Notes: a model not told the origin generated them from the sequence alone. A stretch of 64,000 nt of DNA from Alkalispirochaeta sp. (GCA_965601925.1 OZ271854.1:1312001-1376000); one strand, 5' to 3'; counted from the first letter of the stretch, positions 46,643 to 57,255 are shown. Program-made: numbers and translations.

Positions 46643-49428
46643 AACGCTCCGTATTTCTCATCGGGATTATCGTTCTGTTCGGTGTCCTGGCGATACGCAC
46701 GATCAGTGTAGGATATTTGCCGGACCGACAAGATCCGCGGGTCAGTGTGCTCGTTCGCTACGACGGAGCGTTCGCCAACGAGGTAGAGCGCACCCTTACG
46801 ATTCCGATCGAGGACGCCATCGCGTCCGTGGACGGTGTGCGCTCCATATCCTCGATATCTCGCGACGGCCAAACGCGCGTAGGAGTTCGTCTGCGACGCG
46901 GTGCACATCTCGATCACGCGGTAGTGCGCGTATTGGATGCGCTCGATCGCGTACTGAGCGACGCACCGACGACCGTCGGGCGCCCCATCGTTACGAGAAA
47001 CGCGGCGGACACGAGGCCCACGTTCATTGCATCGCTTCCGAAGGACCGATTTCGTACACGAGAGGAGATCGAACGCTACTTTGGTCGGGTGGAAGGTGTC
47101 GGCCGCGTTGATGTCGCGGGGTTCCCGCAACAACAGGTCGTTGTGCGACTCCGGGAAGCGTACGACACCAACGTTGCAACCGATATATTTGCCGTTGCGG
47201 AGACGATTCGCGAGGCAAACAGCGTCGTCGGATTGGGCGGCAATAGAGCCTTGCCGATTGTCGCCGACACGCGATTTCGTACGATTGAGGACTTTCGCAA
47301 TCAACGACTCGATGAGGTCAACTCGGTCGGCAGGTTGGCTTCGGTGGAGCGGGACGAACGCGAGCCGGAGTCCACCAGCGTCGTGAACGGTACACCGGCG
47401 GTCGTCGTGTATGTGAGCCCCGCCTCGGGAGCCAACGTCGTGCGCGTTAATCGAGCGCTCCGCGCGTCCATCGGCGCGATTGAACGATCCGAAGTGTTGT
47501 TCGACCAGGGGTCGATCATTGAGGACGCACTCGGCGACGCGCTGCGAGGCTTCGCCGTCGGAAGCGTACTGGTAACCGTTGCACTGCTACTCATTACGCG
47601 CAACGGAAGGCGGAGCATTGCGGCTGCGGCGGCGTTACCCGCAGCGGCATTTGCAGCATTCGCCGCTCTCGGCGCATTCGGGTTGCCCGCCGATGTTCTC
47701 GCCGTATCGGCCCTTGCGGCATCAATGGGCTTCGTCGCCGACGGGGCGGTGGTCCTGGCCATCGAAGGGTCCGCACCGGGTGTCCGACGAGGCCTGCTCG
47801 TCTCGACGATTTCCACCGTTGTCGTCTTCGTGCCGCTGATTCTCGATCCGTCGGGTACCGGCTCATTTTATATAGGATTTGCACTCGTCGTTATAAGCGC
47901 GCTGGTTACCGGTCTCGTATGGGGTCTCTTCTTCATTCCGGCGAAGTCCGCCGGCCGCGCTCCGGAGCGGGAAGACCGAACGACTCCGTCGCCGTTCGCA
48001 CCATCGTGGTTTGGGCGGATGACTCGCGCGGTTCATCGTATGCGGTTCGTCGTGTGGATCGGTATTCTCGCGGTAGTGGGAGTCGCCGTGTGGAGCATCC
48101 ACGATACGCCGATCGGGTTTTGGCCTGAGCTCGACGAGCGTCGTACCGGGATTGTCGTCGAGTATGACGCCGGCACACCGCGGTCGAGGCTCGAAACTGA
48201 AATGTCGAACGCGTACTCGGTGCTTGCGTTGTACGACGAGTATGAAACGATCATCTCCCGAACCGATCGCAGCAGAATCAGCTTCGAGATAACGCACCGC
48301 GCTCAACCGAATCAAAATACCGTCGATACCCTTGTCACGCGCGTTCAAGAGTCGGTGCAGGGTAGTGTATTCCTCATCAATCAGGCTGAGGGGGCGACTC
48401 GAGTGCCGATCCACGTCATCGGAAATGATCCGATAACGACGCAACGAGTCGCATCAGAGCTCGCCGACTACCTGCAAACCGCCGTCCCCGACAGCACAGC
48501 CGTACTGAACTTCAAAAGGCCGCCACGGCAAGCCGAGATGGTGGTCGATACGGAAGCGGTCGTCTCTACGGGGGGACGGCCGAACGAAATACACCGGCAC
48601 GCGTATTGGCTTCTATCGAATCCCGTCGGATTCAAATGGCTCACGGATCGCGAAACCGACGTGCGATTCGGGCGCACCACGCCGATCGAGACGGCGGACG
48701 ACCTTCTTCGAACGACGATCACACCGACCACCGGACGGCCCCTACGGTTAGAATCGGTCGCTACCGTCAGGGAAATCGACCGCCCGGATACGATCTTCAG
48801 AATCGATCGTTCCCGAGCATCGACCATTAGCGTCGAGTTCCCGCGCTCCGCCCAAATACTCTTCGAGCGGACGGTCGACGGGGCGGCTCCCGAATACGAA
48901 GCGCATGCAGACGTTCGTATCGCAATCGATCCGACATTTTTTGAGACGCGGGAAACGGGACGTCGCGCCATAGGGGGCGTCGTCTTGGCGATACTATTCG
49001 TCACGGTATCGATCATCGCCGGCCTTGAACACGTTCGCGACGGCCTCTTGGCAGCCCTGGTCGCGGTACCGTCGGTAGTCATACCGGCGACGGTCGCCCG
49101 CTTTGCGTACGACGGAATCTCCGAGCCGGTTCTATTGGCGCTTCTCTTGTGTGGCGGAGTAGGCGTCAACAACGCGGTTGTCGTCCTTTCCGCCGCCGGA
49201 AAAGATGGGGCGAAATCCTTGGTTGAGGTGCTATGGCGTAAGATACCGTCGCTTCTCGCCGCAGGGGCAACAACGATTCTCGGCGTTCTGCCGCTCGTCG
49301 TCGTGGGAGGCCGCGCTCGCGGCGTCGTAGCGCCGGTCTCCATTACCCTGGCGATCGGTACCGTCGTCGCCCTCGCGGCGACGATCGTAGTGCTGCCGAT
49401 CGGTCGGCGCGGAAAACCTGCGCCTTAG
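46639..49428 (+). CDS. RND permease subunit 2 (shorter, divergent)
   Basis: EVERTLTIPIED, GFVADGAVV, GVGVNNAVV, TTILGVLPL; GTG start overlapping the previous stop. Confidence 0.85.
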   Translation: MKRSVFLIGIIVLFGVLAIRTISVGYLPDRQDPRVSVLVRYDGAFANEVERTLTIPIEDAIASVDGVRSISSISRDGQTRVGVRLRRGAHLDHAVVRVLDALDRVLSDAPTTVGRPIVTRNAADTRPTFIASLPKDRFRTREEIERYFGRVEGVGRVDVAGFPQQQVVVRLREAYDTNVATDIFAVAETIREANSVVGLGGNRALPIVADTRFRTIEDFRNQRLDEVNSVGRLASVERDEREPESTSVVNGTPAVVVYVSPASGANVVRVNRALRASIGAIERSEVLFDQGSIIEDALGDALRGFAVGSVLVTVALLLITRNGRRSIAAAAALPAAAFAAFAALGAFGLPADVLAVSALAASMGFVADGAVVLAIEGSAPGVRRGLLVSTISTVVVFVPLILDPSGTGSFYIGFALVVISALVTGLVWGLFFIPAKSAGRAPEREDRTTPSPFAPSWFGRMTRAVHRMRFVVWIGILAVVGVAVWSIHDTPIGFWPELDERRTGIVVEYDAGTPRSRLETEMSNAYSVLALYDEYETIISRTDRSRISFEITHRAQPNQNTVDTLVTRVQESVQGSVFLINQAEGATRVPIHVIGNDPITTQRVASELADYLQTAVPDSTAVLNFKRPPRQAEMVVDTEAVVSTGGRPNEIHRHAYWLLSNPVGFKWLTDRETDVRFGRTTPIETADDLLRTTITPTTGRPLRLESVATVREIDRPDTIFRIDRSRASTISVEFPRSAQILFERTVDGAAPEYEAHADVRIAIDPTFFETRETGRRAIGGVVLAILFVTVSIIAGLEHVRDGLLAALVAVPSVVIPATVARFAYDGISEPVLLALLLCGGVGVNNAVVVLSAAGKDGAKSLVEVLWRKIPSLLAAGATTILGVLPLVVVGGRARGVVAPVSITLAIGTVVALAATIVVLPIGRRGKPAP

Positions 49429-50792
49429 CGCAATATTCCCCGAAGTCGCTCCGCTTGACGCCCGGTAGCGGTAATAAGCGCCTGTTCGAGGCGCGCGTTG
49501 AAAACCGGTAACGCGGCGATTTGAGTGAGAACCAACTGTGCGTGTAACACATATGGATTATCCGGGAGCGCGAGCATGGCGATCACCGGATCGACGGCGA
49601 ACGACTCACCGCTTGTCAAAGCCGTCTCGACGCGTTCGTTAACCTCCGCAGGCAGCAGAAGCGGCGCGTCGTCAAAGCCGTCGATGTTCAAGAGTCGTCT
49701 CACCTCTTCGCGAGTGAGCGCTGCGTGCTGTGTCGTCGGATTCAGCAGTATCGCCTTCTCCAAAAGAGGCTGGGCGGTCGTGAAGGAGTACTGCTCCGAC
49801 TGAGCGGCGGCCGACTGCCACAATCGCACATAGTACGTCTGCGAGAGACGGGAAAATATCTCAAGGTCGACGGCGCTGCCGATGGCGCTCGTCTCCGGTT
49901 CGCTTGTCCATAGAGCATTGAGTATCTGAATCTCGGGAAAGGCATCGGTCGTCTCGACGAGCTCGGCCGGAATAGCGGTAACCCCCGAGCCGGCAAACCG
50001 CGTCGTCGACTCTCGCGCCCAGCTATCGGCCGACAGAGACGATAGGATCGCATTCAACTCGATCTGTTCGCGCTCCATCCGATAGTCCGAAAAAAGAGCG
50101 ATACGCGCGATGCGCACCAACGCCGATAACTCAACTTGTCCCAGTTGAGAAAGCACGTTCGATCGAACGGCCAAATCCTGCGGGCGAAATCCGTACCGCG
50201 CCGCGCGTATGCCGCTCACCGCCAAAACGTCCTCCAAGCGTTCCGAGGAGAGAAGCGCGACGATGTAGGAGTCGAAGGCCTGCGCCGAAAATGATGCGGG
50301 ATCCTCGGCCCATGCCGCATCGAAGTCATCGAGTGCCGCGTCGATGTCTTCGGACGCCAAGCGACTCATCCCGCGCAATACGCGAAATGTGGCGTTCGCA
50401 CTTCTCTCGAGAGCTCTACTGGTGGCGTCGATCGATAGCTCGAAATCACCGGTCTCGAGCGCAACGACCGCAAGACCGCCGTCGATACGATCGAGCAACG
50501 GTTCGGGGGTGCGGTTATCGATTCGCTCCACGGCGTGGAGAAGCGCGACCTTCGCGGCTTCGCGCTGACCGCGACCGTACAACACCTCACCCAGTTCGAC
50601 CAGATCGGCTGATGTATTCCGGTCCGCGAGCGCAGCCTCCAACGCGCGCGCCAACTCCAAATCGGCACTCACGACACCACCATCGACTTGCGTCTGTTCG
50701 GACGCCGATATCTCTTCGGTGGATGAGTCCGACGCGGCGGTGCAGGAAACCAGCCCGACTACCAAGACGATGGTATATACCAAGAACCGCAT
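49425..50792 (-). CDS. TPR-containing lipoprotein
   Basis: Lipobox-like GLVSC and helical TPR-like repeats; convergent with the RND operon. Confidence 0.75.
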   Translation of the reverse strand: MRFLVYTIVLVVGLVSCTAASDSSTEEISASEQTQVDGGVVSADLELARALEAALADRNTSADLVELGEVLYGRGQREAAKVALLHAVERIDNRTPEPLLDRIDGGLAVVALETGDFELSIDATSRALERSANATFRVLRGMSRLASEDIDAALDDFDAAWAEDPASFSAQAFDSYIVALLSSERLEDVLAVSGIRAARYGFRPQDLAVRSNVLSQLGQVELSALVRIARIALFSDYRMEREQIELNAILSSLSADSWARESTTRFAGSGVTAIPAELVETTDAFPEIQILNALWTSEPETSAIGSAVDLEIFSRLSQTYYVRLWQSAAAQSEQYSFTTAQPLLEKAILLNPTTQHAALTREEVRRLLNIDGFDDAPLLLPAEVNERVETALTSGESFAVDPVIAMLALPDNPYVLHAQLVLTQIAALPVFNARLEQALITATGRQAERLRGILR

Positions 50793-50916
50793 CAACGGTC
50801 CGACGGTACGCTCTTGAGAGACGGTACTCTTTGCCGATATCGGTATGTGAAGGGCCATATTCGATCTCCTCTACATCACGAACAACAATGCTCGCAGACT
50901 ATCCGGTGTGCTGCGC

Positions 50917-50946
50917 AGTGTAGTATCACAGGTCAAACGTTGTCAA
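50917..50946 (-). promoter_or_regulatory. Putative sigma70-type promoter of the TPR lipoprotein gene
   Basis: TTGACA-N18-TACACT on the minus strand with an AT-rich upstream tract. Confidence 0.4.
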
Positions 50947-51211
50947 TTTTATCAATACATTATAAATACGTGTATGCGTGATGAAACCGGCTAAAAATGA
51001 AACACTGCCGCGCCGTGGGATGGCGAGAAGACGGCATCACGATGTACCTGCCGGATATATCGTCGATAGACCGCGCCCGATGCACGAACGACACGCCACC
51101 CCTCCTGCGTCCGAGTATAGGATCGATCAGCCGGGTCCTCCGCCGACAACCACCGTCACTCGACGAAGTTTTTGTCGTGTCAGTCGCACGATCCTATAGT
51201 ATTATCTTCGC

Positions 51212-51940
51212 GTGGGTGACTTGAGAGTCCTCCTTGTCGACGACGAACCTCCGATTCTGCACGGCCTCCGACACCACGTACCGTGGAGAGAGCTCGGGTT
51301 CGAGGTCGTGGCGACGTGCACCGACGGTAACGCGGCGTTATCGATCCTTCGAGACCGCCCGGTAGACGTGGTCCTGTCGGATATACGGATGCCGAATCTG
51401 GACGGACTCGAGTTGTGTCGAATCGCTCGGGGCGAATTTCCCGATCTGGTAGTCATTCTTCTCACGGCGTTCAAGGACTTCGAGTACGCACGGCGCGCGG
51501 TTGAGATCGGAGCGTGGCGCTATCTTCTCAAACCGACGAACTTCCCGGCACTGTACGCCGCTCTGGAAGAACTCCATTGTGCATCGCGGGAGAACGCATC
51601 GAGTGATCGCTTTGCCGGCGGCCTCGCGGAACGGGTAACGGCGTGGGTGGAGAGCCACTTTCAGGAGGCAACCTTGGAACGAGCGGCGGCGGCGGTAGGA
51701 CTCAATCCACAGTATGTAAGCCGGCGTTTCTCTGAGTTGACCGGTGACCACTTCTCGGAGCTTGTACAAAGAACGCGTATGAAACACGCTGCGCGCCTCC
51801 TACGCGGGAGTCGTTACCGCACCTATGAGATCAGTCGCATCGTCGGGTACTCCAGTCCCAAGAACTTCACTCGCCGTTTTCGGGAGTTCTACGGAACTTC
51901 GCCGTCGGCATTCCGTCGCTCTGAGGCTTCGGACGAGTAA
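51212..51940 (+). CDS. YesN-like response regulator (REC plus AraC HTH)
   Basis: LLVDDE, SDIRMP, YLLKP and C-terminal AraC HTH. Confidence 0.92.
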   Translation: MGDLRVLLVDDEPPILHGLRHHVPWRELGFEVVATCTDGNAALSILRDRPVDVVLSDIRMPNLDGLELCRIARGEFPDLVVILLTAFKDFEYARRAVEIGAWRYLLKPTNFPALYAALEELHCASRENASSDRFAGGLAERVTAWVESHFQEATLERAAAAVGLNPQYVSRRFSELTGDHFSELVQRTRMKHAARLLRGSRYRTYEISRIVGYSSPKNFTRRFREFYGTSPSAFRRSEASDE

Positions 51941-53640
51941 CGACGGTACGGTAGACGTATCTCGACGACGAAACCGGCATCGTGCTCGGAGTGAATCGCG
52001 AGCGACGAGTGTTCCGGGAAGGCGAGCTTGAGCCGACGATACGAGTTGAGGAGTCCAACGTGCTCGGTGAAAACGCCGTCGTGTGCATCCAGACGCTCGC
52101 AGAGTTCCGCAAGCTGCAGCGCGTCTACCCCCCTCCCCGAATCGGCGATCCGCAGCACAATCACGCCGCCGTCGCGTCGCACCGAGATATCGACCGTCCC
52201 GCCCTCCGGTAGTCCGCGGATGCCGTGACAGATCGCGTTTTCCAACAACGGCTGAATGAGCATCGGAATCACCGCAGCGTCGAGGGTCGCCGAGTCGATC
52301 TCCCACGAGTCGCGGAGCATCTCTCCGTAGCGATGCTTCTGAAGCACCATGTAGGTGCGGCTATTCTCAATCTCCTCTCCGAGGGAGACGAAACGGCTGG
52401 GAGTGCGTAGGGCGAACTTAAGAATTGCAGAGAGGTTGGAGATCATATCATTGATCTCCGTGGGCCGACCGCCGGTGTGATCCAGGCACTTCCAGTTGAT
52501 CACTTCCAGGGTGTTGAACAGAAAGTGGGGATTCATCTGGGACCGTAAAAAGAGGAGCTCGAGGGCGCGTTCGCGAAGCGCCTTTTCCGAGAGCTGGACC
52601 TCCAGATACTTCTTCCTCATAACGGTGCGCAGCAAATGATAGGTGATGTAGCTAAATCCTTTCTGAGAATATGCGGTGATATCGGGGAGCTCTTGCCCAT
52701 GATCCTCGCGATCGATGATGGAAAGCGCCTCCCGGACGTATGCGAAGTGCTTGAGGGTTAAGATGAGTGCGATCACCACACCGAACACGCATGCGGCGAC
52801 GGCGATGGCGACGGATATGCGAAACATCGTCTCCGCCGGAGCGAGAAAGACCGAGCGCGGCGTATAGAGCTCGTAGCGCCATTCACTACGGGATACGCGG
52901 GACGATATCTGGTAGTCGATCACACGATCGGGCAGCGTCCCGAAGAGGTGTCGTCCATCGGGACCGTAAATGAGAAGCTCCTGTCCGGGATGCGTCCGCC
53001 GTCGCCCGACAAACGACTCCAACGCGTGGACCGAAATATTCAACACGATCGCGCCGCCCATCGACGGGCGTATCAAAGGAAAGATCCGACGGTAGATTGT
53101 AATGACGTCCTCGTCGGCTACTGCGAGACCGGAGAGGCCGCGAAATACGCGCCGCTCCACGGTGGTATCGACGGTCGGGTCCATCGCGTTATACGAATCG
53201 AGCCACACCGTATCGGGCATGGCGTCAGCTGAGACGACGCCGAACTCGCTCGTAAACACGGCTTGTGGATAGTCGTCGAAAAAAACGTACACGCTATGGA
53301 GCGGATCGCGGGCGTACACCGACGGATTCAAGAGCCCCTGAATCATGACCACTGTGCGATGACTCCGATAGTCTTCACTGCGCTGCTCGAGCCCTTCGCG
53401 GAATTCGACCAACAGATCCGAGGACGAACTGAGGGCGATGCCGGTCGCGTCCAACTCGGTGATGAACGCCTCCACCGACTGCTCCATCTGGAAGAGAATC
53501 CCCTCGTGCAGGCGCGAAAGCTCTCGCTCGGCGGTATGGCGGGTATAAAAGACGGATACCAGACCGACGATGAGAAGAATCGCCACCGGGATGAGGGTCA
53601 TGACGAGATACCGCAGGAAGAGGTTTATCTTAAGCTTCAC
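51889..53640 (-). CDS. YesM-like sensor histidine kinase
   Basis: Two TM segments; SQMNPHFLFNTL, QPLLENAICHG, DSGRG; start approximate. Confidence 0.92.
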   Translation of the reverse strand: MKLKINLFLRYLVMTLIPVAILLIVGLVSVFYTRHTAERELSRLHEGILFQMEQSVEAFITELDATGIALSSSSDLLVEFREGLEQRSEDYRSHRTVVMIQGLLNPSVYARDPLHSVYVFFDDYPQAVFTSEFGVVSADAMPDTVWLDSYNAMDPTVDTTVERRVFRGLSGLAVADEDVITIYRRIFPLIRPSMGGAIVLNISVHALESFVGRRRTHPGQELLIYGPDGRHLFGTLPDRVIDYQISSRVSRSEWRYELYTPRSVFLAPAETMFRISVAIAVAACVFGVVIALILTLKHFAYVREALSIIDREDHGQELPDITAYSQKGFSYITYHLLRTVMRKKYLEVQLSEKALRERALELLFLRSQMNPHFLFNTLEVINWKCLDHTGGRPTEINDMISNLSAILKFALRTPSRFVSLGEEIENSRTYMVLQKHRYGEMLRDSWEIDSATLDAAVIPMLIQPLLENAICHGIRGLPEGGTVDISVRRDGGVIVLRIADSGRGVDALQLAELCERLDAHDGVFTEHVGLLNSYRRLKLAFPEHSSLAIHSEHDAGFVVEIRLPYRRYSSEASERRNADGEVP

Positions 53641-53727
53641 GACGGTATGGTACCATGGGTGATGCCGCTTCTCGTGTGTGGACTCCCGGGCGAACCTCTG
53701 CAATAGTGGTCGCGAGGAGACTGGACG

Positions 53728-55983
53728 ATGAGCGACGGCCCGAACGGCGTATTCCCCTTTCGTAACACCGCATTATCCATCGACGCGCGGCTGGACGATC
53801 TGATGGCGCGCTTGACCACGGAGCAAAAACTGGCGCAGATGAGCCATCGTGCGCCGGCGATCGACGAGCTCGGAGTGCCGGCGTACAACTGGTGGAACGA
53901 GGCGCTCCACGGTATCGCGCGCGCCGGGTCGGCGACCGTGTTTCCCCAAGCGATCGCCATGGCCGCGACCTTCGACCCGGACCTGGTGGGCCGTGTCGCG
54001 GCTGCGGTCAGCGTGGAGGGTCGCGCAAAGTTCAACGCCGTGTACCGCCTTCGAGGCGAGACCGAACAGTACCAGGGACTCACCTACTGGACTCCCAACG
54101 TCAACATCGTTCGCGATCCGCGCTGGGGTCGCGGCCAGGAGACGTGGGGCGAGGATCCGTACCTTACGGCGACACTCGCCTCCCGCTACGCGATGGGCCT
54201 TCAGTACGGGGCAACGGGTACCGAGAGAGAGGAACCCGACTATCTCATGGGCGCCGCGTGCGCCAAACATTTTGCCGTCCACAGCGGGCCGGAGGCGTTA
54301 CGACACGAGTTCGACGCTCGGGTCTCTCCACGCGATCTATGGGAGACGTATCTACCGGCCTTTGAGGCGCTCGTCGATGCGGGAGTCGAGGCGGTCATGG
54401 GCGCATACAATCGCGTCAACGGCGAACCCGCCTGCGGCAGTCGCACGTTGCTGCAGGACGTCTTGCGCGACCGGTGGCGTTTCGCGGGCCACGTCGTATC
54501 CGACTGTTGGGCGGTGCGCGATTTTCATACCAAGCACGGTGTCACCGCCACACCCGCGGAATCGGCGGCGCGCGCGATCGGAAGCGGGTGCGATCTCAAC
54601 TGTGGAGACACGTATCCGCACGCCGCTGCGGCCCTGGAGGCCGCGCTCCTCTCGGAGGAGGAGATCGATCGCGCCGCGCGTCGAGTGCTCCGCACGCGCC
54701 TCCGCCTGGGACTCCTGAATCGCGACGAAGAAATTCCATATCGCGAAATCACCCCTGAAACGATCGCGTGGGACCGACATCACGAGCTCGCCCGACTCAC
54801 CGCCGAACGGGCGTGCGTCCTCTTGAAGAATGACGGAGGAGCGCTCCCCTTTGACGAGTCGGTGCGGAGCATCTATGTCACCGGACCGTATGCGACGGAT
54901 GTCGACGCGTTAATGGGCAACTACTACGGTACGGGCACGCGATACGTAACGGTCCTCGAGGCTACGGCCCGACGCGCCGGCCACGCGATCAAAGTGGAGT
55001 ATCGGCCGGGCTGCCTCCCAGACCGCGCAAACGCAAACCGGTCGATGTGGGGCGCCTCCGAGGCCGCCGATGCCGACGTCGCGGTAGTCGTCATGGGTCA
55101 ACATCCCTTGAGCGAAGGAGAGGAGGGCGACGCGATCGCCTCGCCTACCCGCGGAGACAGGGAGCGCATCGAGCTACCGGAACACCACGTCGAGTATCTC
55201 CGGGAGTTGCGACGCCGAGGCGCCCGTATCGTTCTCGTCCTCATGGGCGGAAGCGCTGCGGCACTTGCCGAAGTCGAGCGCCTTGTCGATGCGATTCTCG
55301 TGGCGTGGTACCCCGGACAAGCCGGGGGCGAGGCGATCGCGCGAATCCTCTTCGGAGACGCGGCGCCGTCGGGCAGACTCCCGGTGAGTTTTCCCCGTGC
55401 GACCGAAGACCTCCCGCCGTTCGAAGACTATCGAATGGGGAATCGCACCTATCGCTTCGATGATCGCGCTTTGTATCCCTTCGGGTTCGGACTGTCGTAC
55501 GGGACGGTGGAATACGTCGGAGCCTCGCTGGTGGGCCGCATCCCGAGCGAGTATACCGACGGCTCGGTTGCCGTTCCCGGTGCGTGTTTCGACTACGTCG
55601 GAGGTTCGGGACGATGCGGCACACCGTTCCCGGACGTCTCGATCACCATACGCGTTCAACTCAAGAATGCGACGACGTGGGATGTAACCGAGCCGATCCA
55701 ATGCTACCGCTCGTACGGGAGCGACGGCCGGGGCCCGTGGGCACTATGCGGTATTCATTCGGTGACGGTATCGGCACAAACGGAGTGCGCCGTCGAGTTC
55801 TCGGTGCACCTCAGGTGGCTGGCGCGTGTCGACGAGGCCGGCGTGCTGAAGCTCCCCGAAGGAGATCCGATCGAGCTCGCGGTGGGAGGCGTGTCCCCGG
55901 CATACGAAGATCGGGTCGACGCGATCGCACCGACACGACGAATGCGCATCGCCTTTCACCGTGCCGAGGAGCCGCGCCGGTAA
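53728..55983 (+). CDS. Glycoside hydrolase family 3 (beta-glucosidase/xylosidase)
   Basis: WWNEALHG, RDPRWGRGQET, KHF, VVSDCWA motifs. Confidence 0.95.
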   Translation: MSDGPNGVFPFRNTALSIDARLDDLMARLTTEQKLAQMSHRAPAIDELGVPAYNWWNEALHGIARAGSATVFPQAIAMAATFDPDLVGRVAAAVSVEGRAKFNAVYRLRGETEQYQGLTYWTPNVNIVRDPRWGRGQETWGEDPYLTATLASRYAMGLQYGATGTEREEPDYLMGAACAKHFAVHSGPEALRHEFDARVSPRDLWETYLPAFEALVDAGVEAVMGAYNRVNGEPACGSRTLLQDVLRDRWRFAGHVVSDCWAVRDFHTKHGVTATPAESAARAIGSGCDLNCGDTYPHAAAALEAALLSEEEIDRAARRVLRTRLRLGLLNRDEEIPYREITPETIAWDRHHELARLTAERACVLLKNDGGALPFDESVRSIYVTGPYATDVDALMGNYYGTGTRYVTVLEATARRAGHAIKVEYRPGCLPDRANANRSMWGASEAADADVAVVVMGQHPLSEGEEGDAIASPTRGDRERIELPEHHVEYLRELRRRGARIVLVLMGGSAAALAEVERLVDAILVAWYPGQAGGEAIARILFGDAAPSGRLPVSFPRATEDLPPFEDYRMGNRTYRFDDRALYPFGFGLSYGTVEYVGASLVGRIPSEYTDGSVAVPGACFDYVGGSGRCGTPFPDVSITIRVQLKNATTWDVTEPIQCYRSYGSDGRGPWALCGIHSVTVSAQTECAVEFSVHLRWLARVDEAGVLKLPEGDPIELAVGGVSPAYEDRVDAIAPTRRMRIAFHRAEEPRR

Positions 55984-55995
55984 CGGTAGCCCCAC

Positions 55996-57255
55996 CTATG
56001 AGAGCGAGGCGTATCGTACCGGACCTTCGACGCGATGGATGCGCGAGGCCCACGGCACCCCCAGCTCGGACGGAAGGCGTTGCGATACAAACGCTCGACG
56101 GGCGTCCTCCTCCAGCCCCACGATTGCTCGTTGCGAGTCGTCGGGAAGGGAAATCTCGCGCCAATGCGCCGGGTCCAATCCGGCAATCGGAAAACCGGGA
56201 GCACCCTCCCCGCCGAATGCGGCGACGACGACGGCGGTGTGCCGAGCCGCGCTCTCGATTCCCGTCCCCACCGTTCCATGCGACTCCAAGGCACGACGTA
56301 TGGGCAACCCGTTAAACCGGACGTCCATCGTCTCATCGTGGATGATCGTCCACTGCCCGCCGCCGCGCCGCATCTCAAGCCGAGCAGGGAAGGACCAGCG
56401 AAAGGCTCCGTCGCTCCCATCGACGACGATCTCCGGGTTGAATCGCTCGGCACAACTGTGGGCGGCAAGATAATAAAGCGACGGTGCCGGCGACCGATTC
56501 GGCGTGCCGCCCCCGTCGTCAACGGATCGGTTGACGACTCTGAGCACCTGTAGGTCGGCGGTTTCGATGTCGTAGACGCGGGCGTGCTCGGCTACGAGAC
56601 GATCGGGAAGGTAGCCCGCCCGATGAACGATCTCGATTCCCGCGTGCAGAAAATGGGCCGTTGCATTCTGAATCGGGCTGTCGAGTACTGTGCGGCCTTC
56701 GACCGAAAGTCGTCCGGCCCACCCGTTTCGTCCGTAATAGGATCGTCGCCGCGGCCACAGAACCCACGCTCGAATCGCCGATACGGTGCCGATCTCTCCG
56801 GCGACGACGCGCTCGATCATTCCGCCGAGTGAGGCGCTCAAGGGATGTTGATACCCGAAGAGCAGGCGGCCCGGAGAGGCGGCCTCCGCAGCCGCCATGG
56901 ATACGATTTCTCGAAGCGACCCGGCGGCCGGCTTCTCACACATAACATCGAACCCCGCCCGGAGCCCACGGACCACCATCGGCTCGTGGAGTGCGATCGG
57001 CACCGGAAGTACCAACAGATCGCGCGAACCCGGTTCCGGATCGTCCCGCTCTATGAGTTCGTCGAAGGTCTCCCGCACGGTCCAACCGGCACGGCGACGG
57101 GTCGCTGCGAGCATCTCCCATTCACCCTCGCGCGCGAACCGTCGATCGACTACCACCGAACCCAAGCGACATAAGCGGTCGGCCGCCAACGCCTCCACCT
57201 CCGCCGATAGTGTCTGGGCGTAACCACCGCCGCCGACCATATGTACACGTGTCAT
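55996..57255 (-). CDS. Gfo/Idh/MocA-family oxidoreductase
   Basis: MVGGGGYA, VMCEKP, DSPIQNATAH. Confidence 0.85.
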   Translation of the reverse strand: MTRVHMVGGGGYAQTLSAEVEALAADRLCRLGSVVVDRRFAREGEWEMLAATRRRAGWTVRETFDELIERDDPEPGSRDLLVLPVPIALHEPMVVRGLRAGFDVMCEKPAAGSLREIVSMAAAEAASPGRLLFGYQHPLSASLGGMIERVVAGEIGTVSAIRAWVLWPRRRSYYGRNGWAGRLSVEGRTVLDSPIQNATAHFLHAGIEIVHRAGYLPDRLVAEHARVYDIETADLQVLRVVNRSVDDGGGTPNRSPAPSLYYLAAHSCAERFNPEIVVDGSDGAFRWSFPARLEMRRGGGQWTIIHDETMDVRFNGLPIRRALESHGTVGTGIESAARHTAVVVAAFGGEGAPGFPIAGLDPAHWREISLPDDSQRAIVGLEEDARRAFVSQRLPSELGVPWASRIHRVEGPVRYASLS

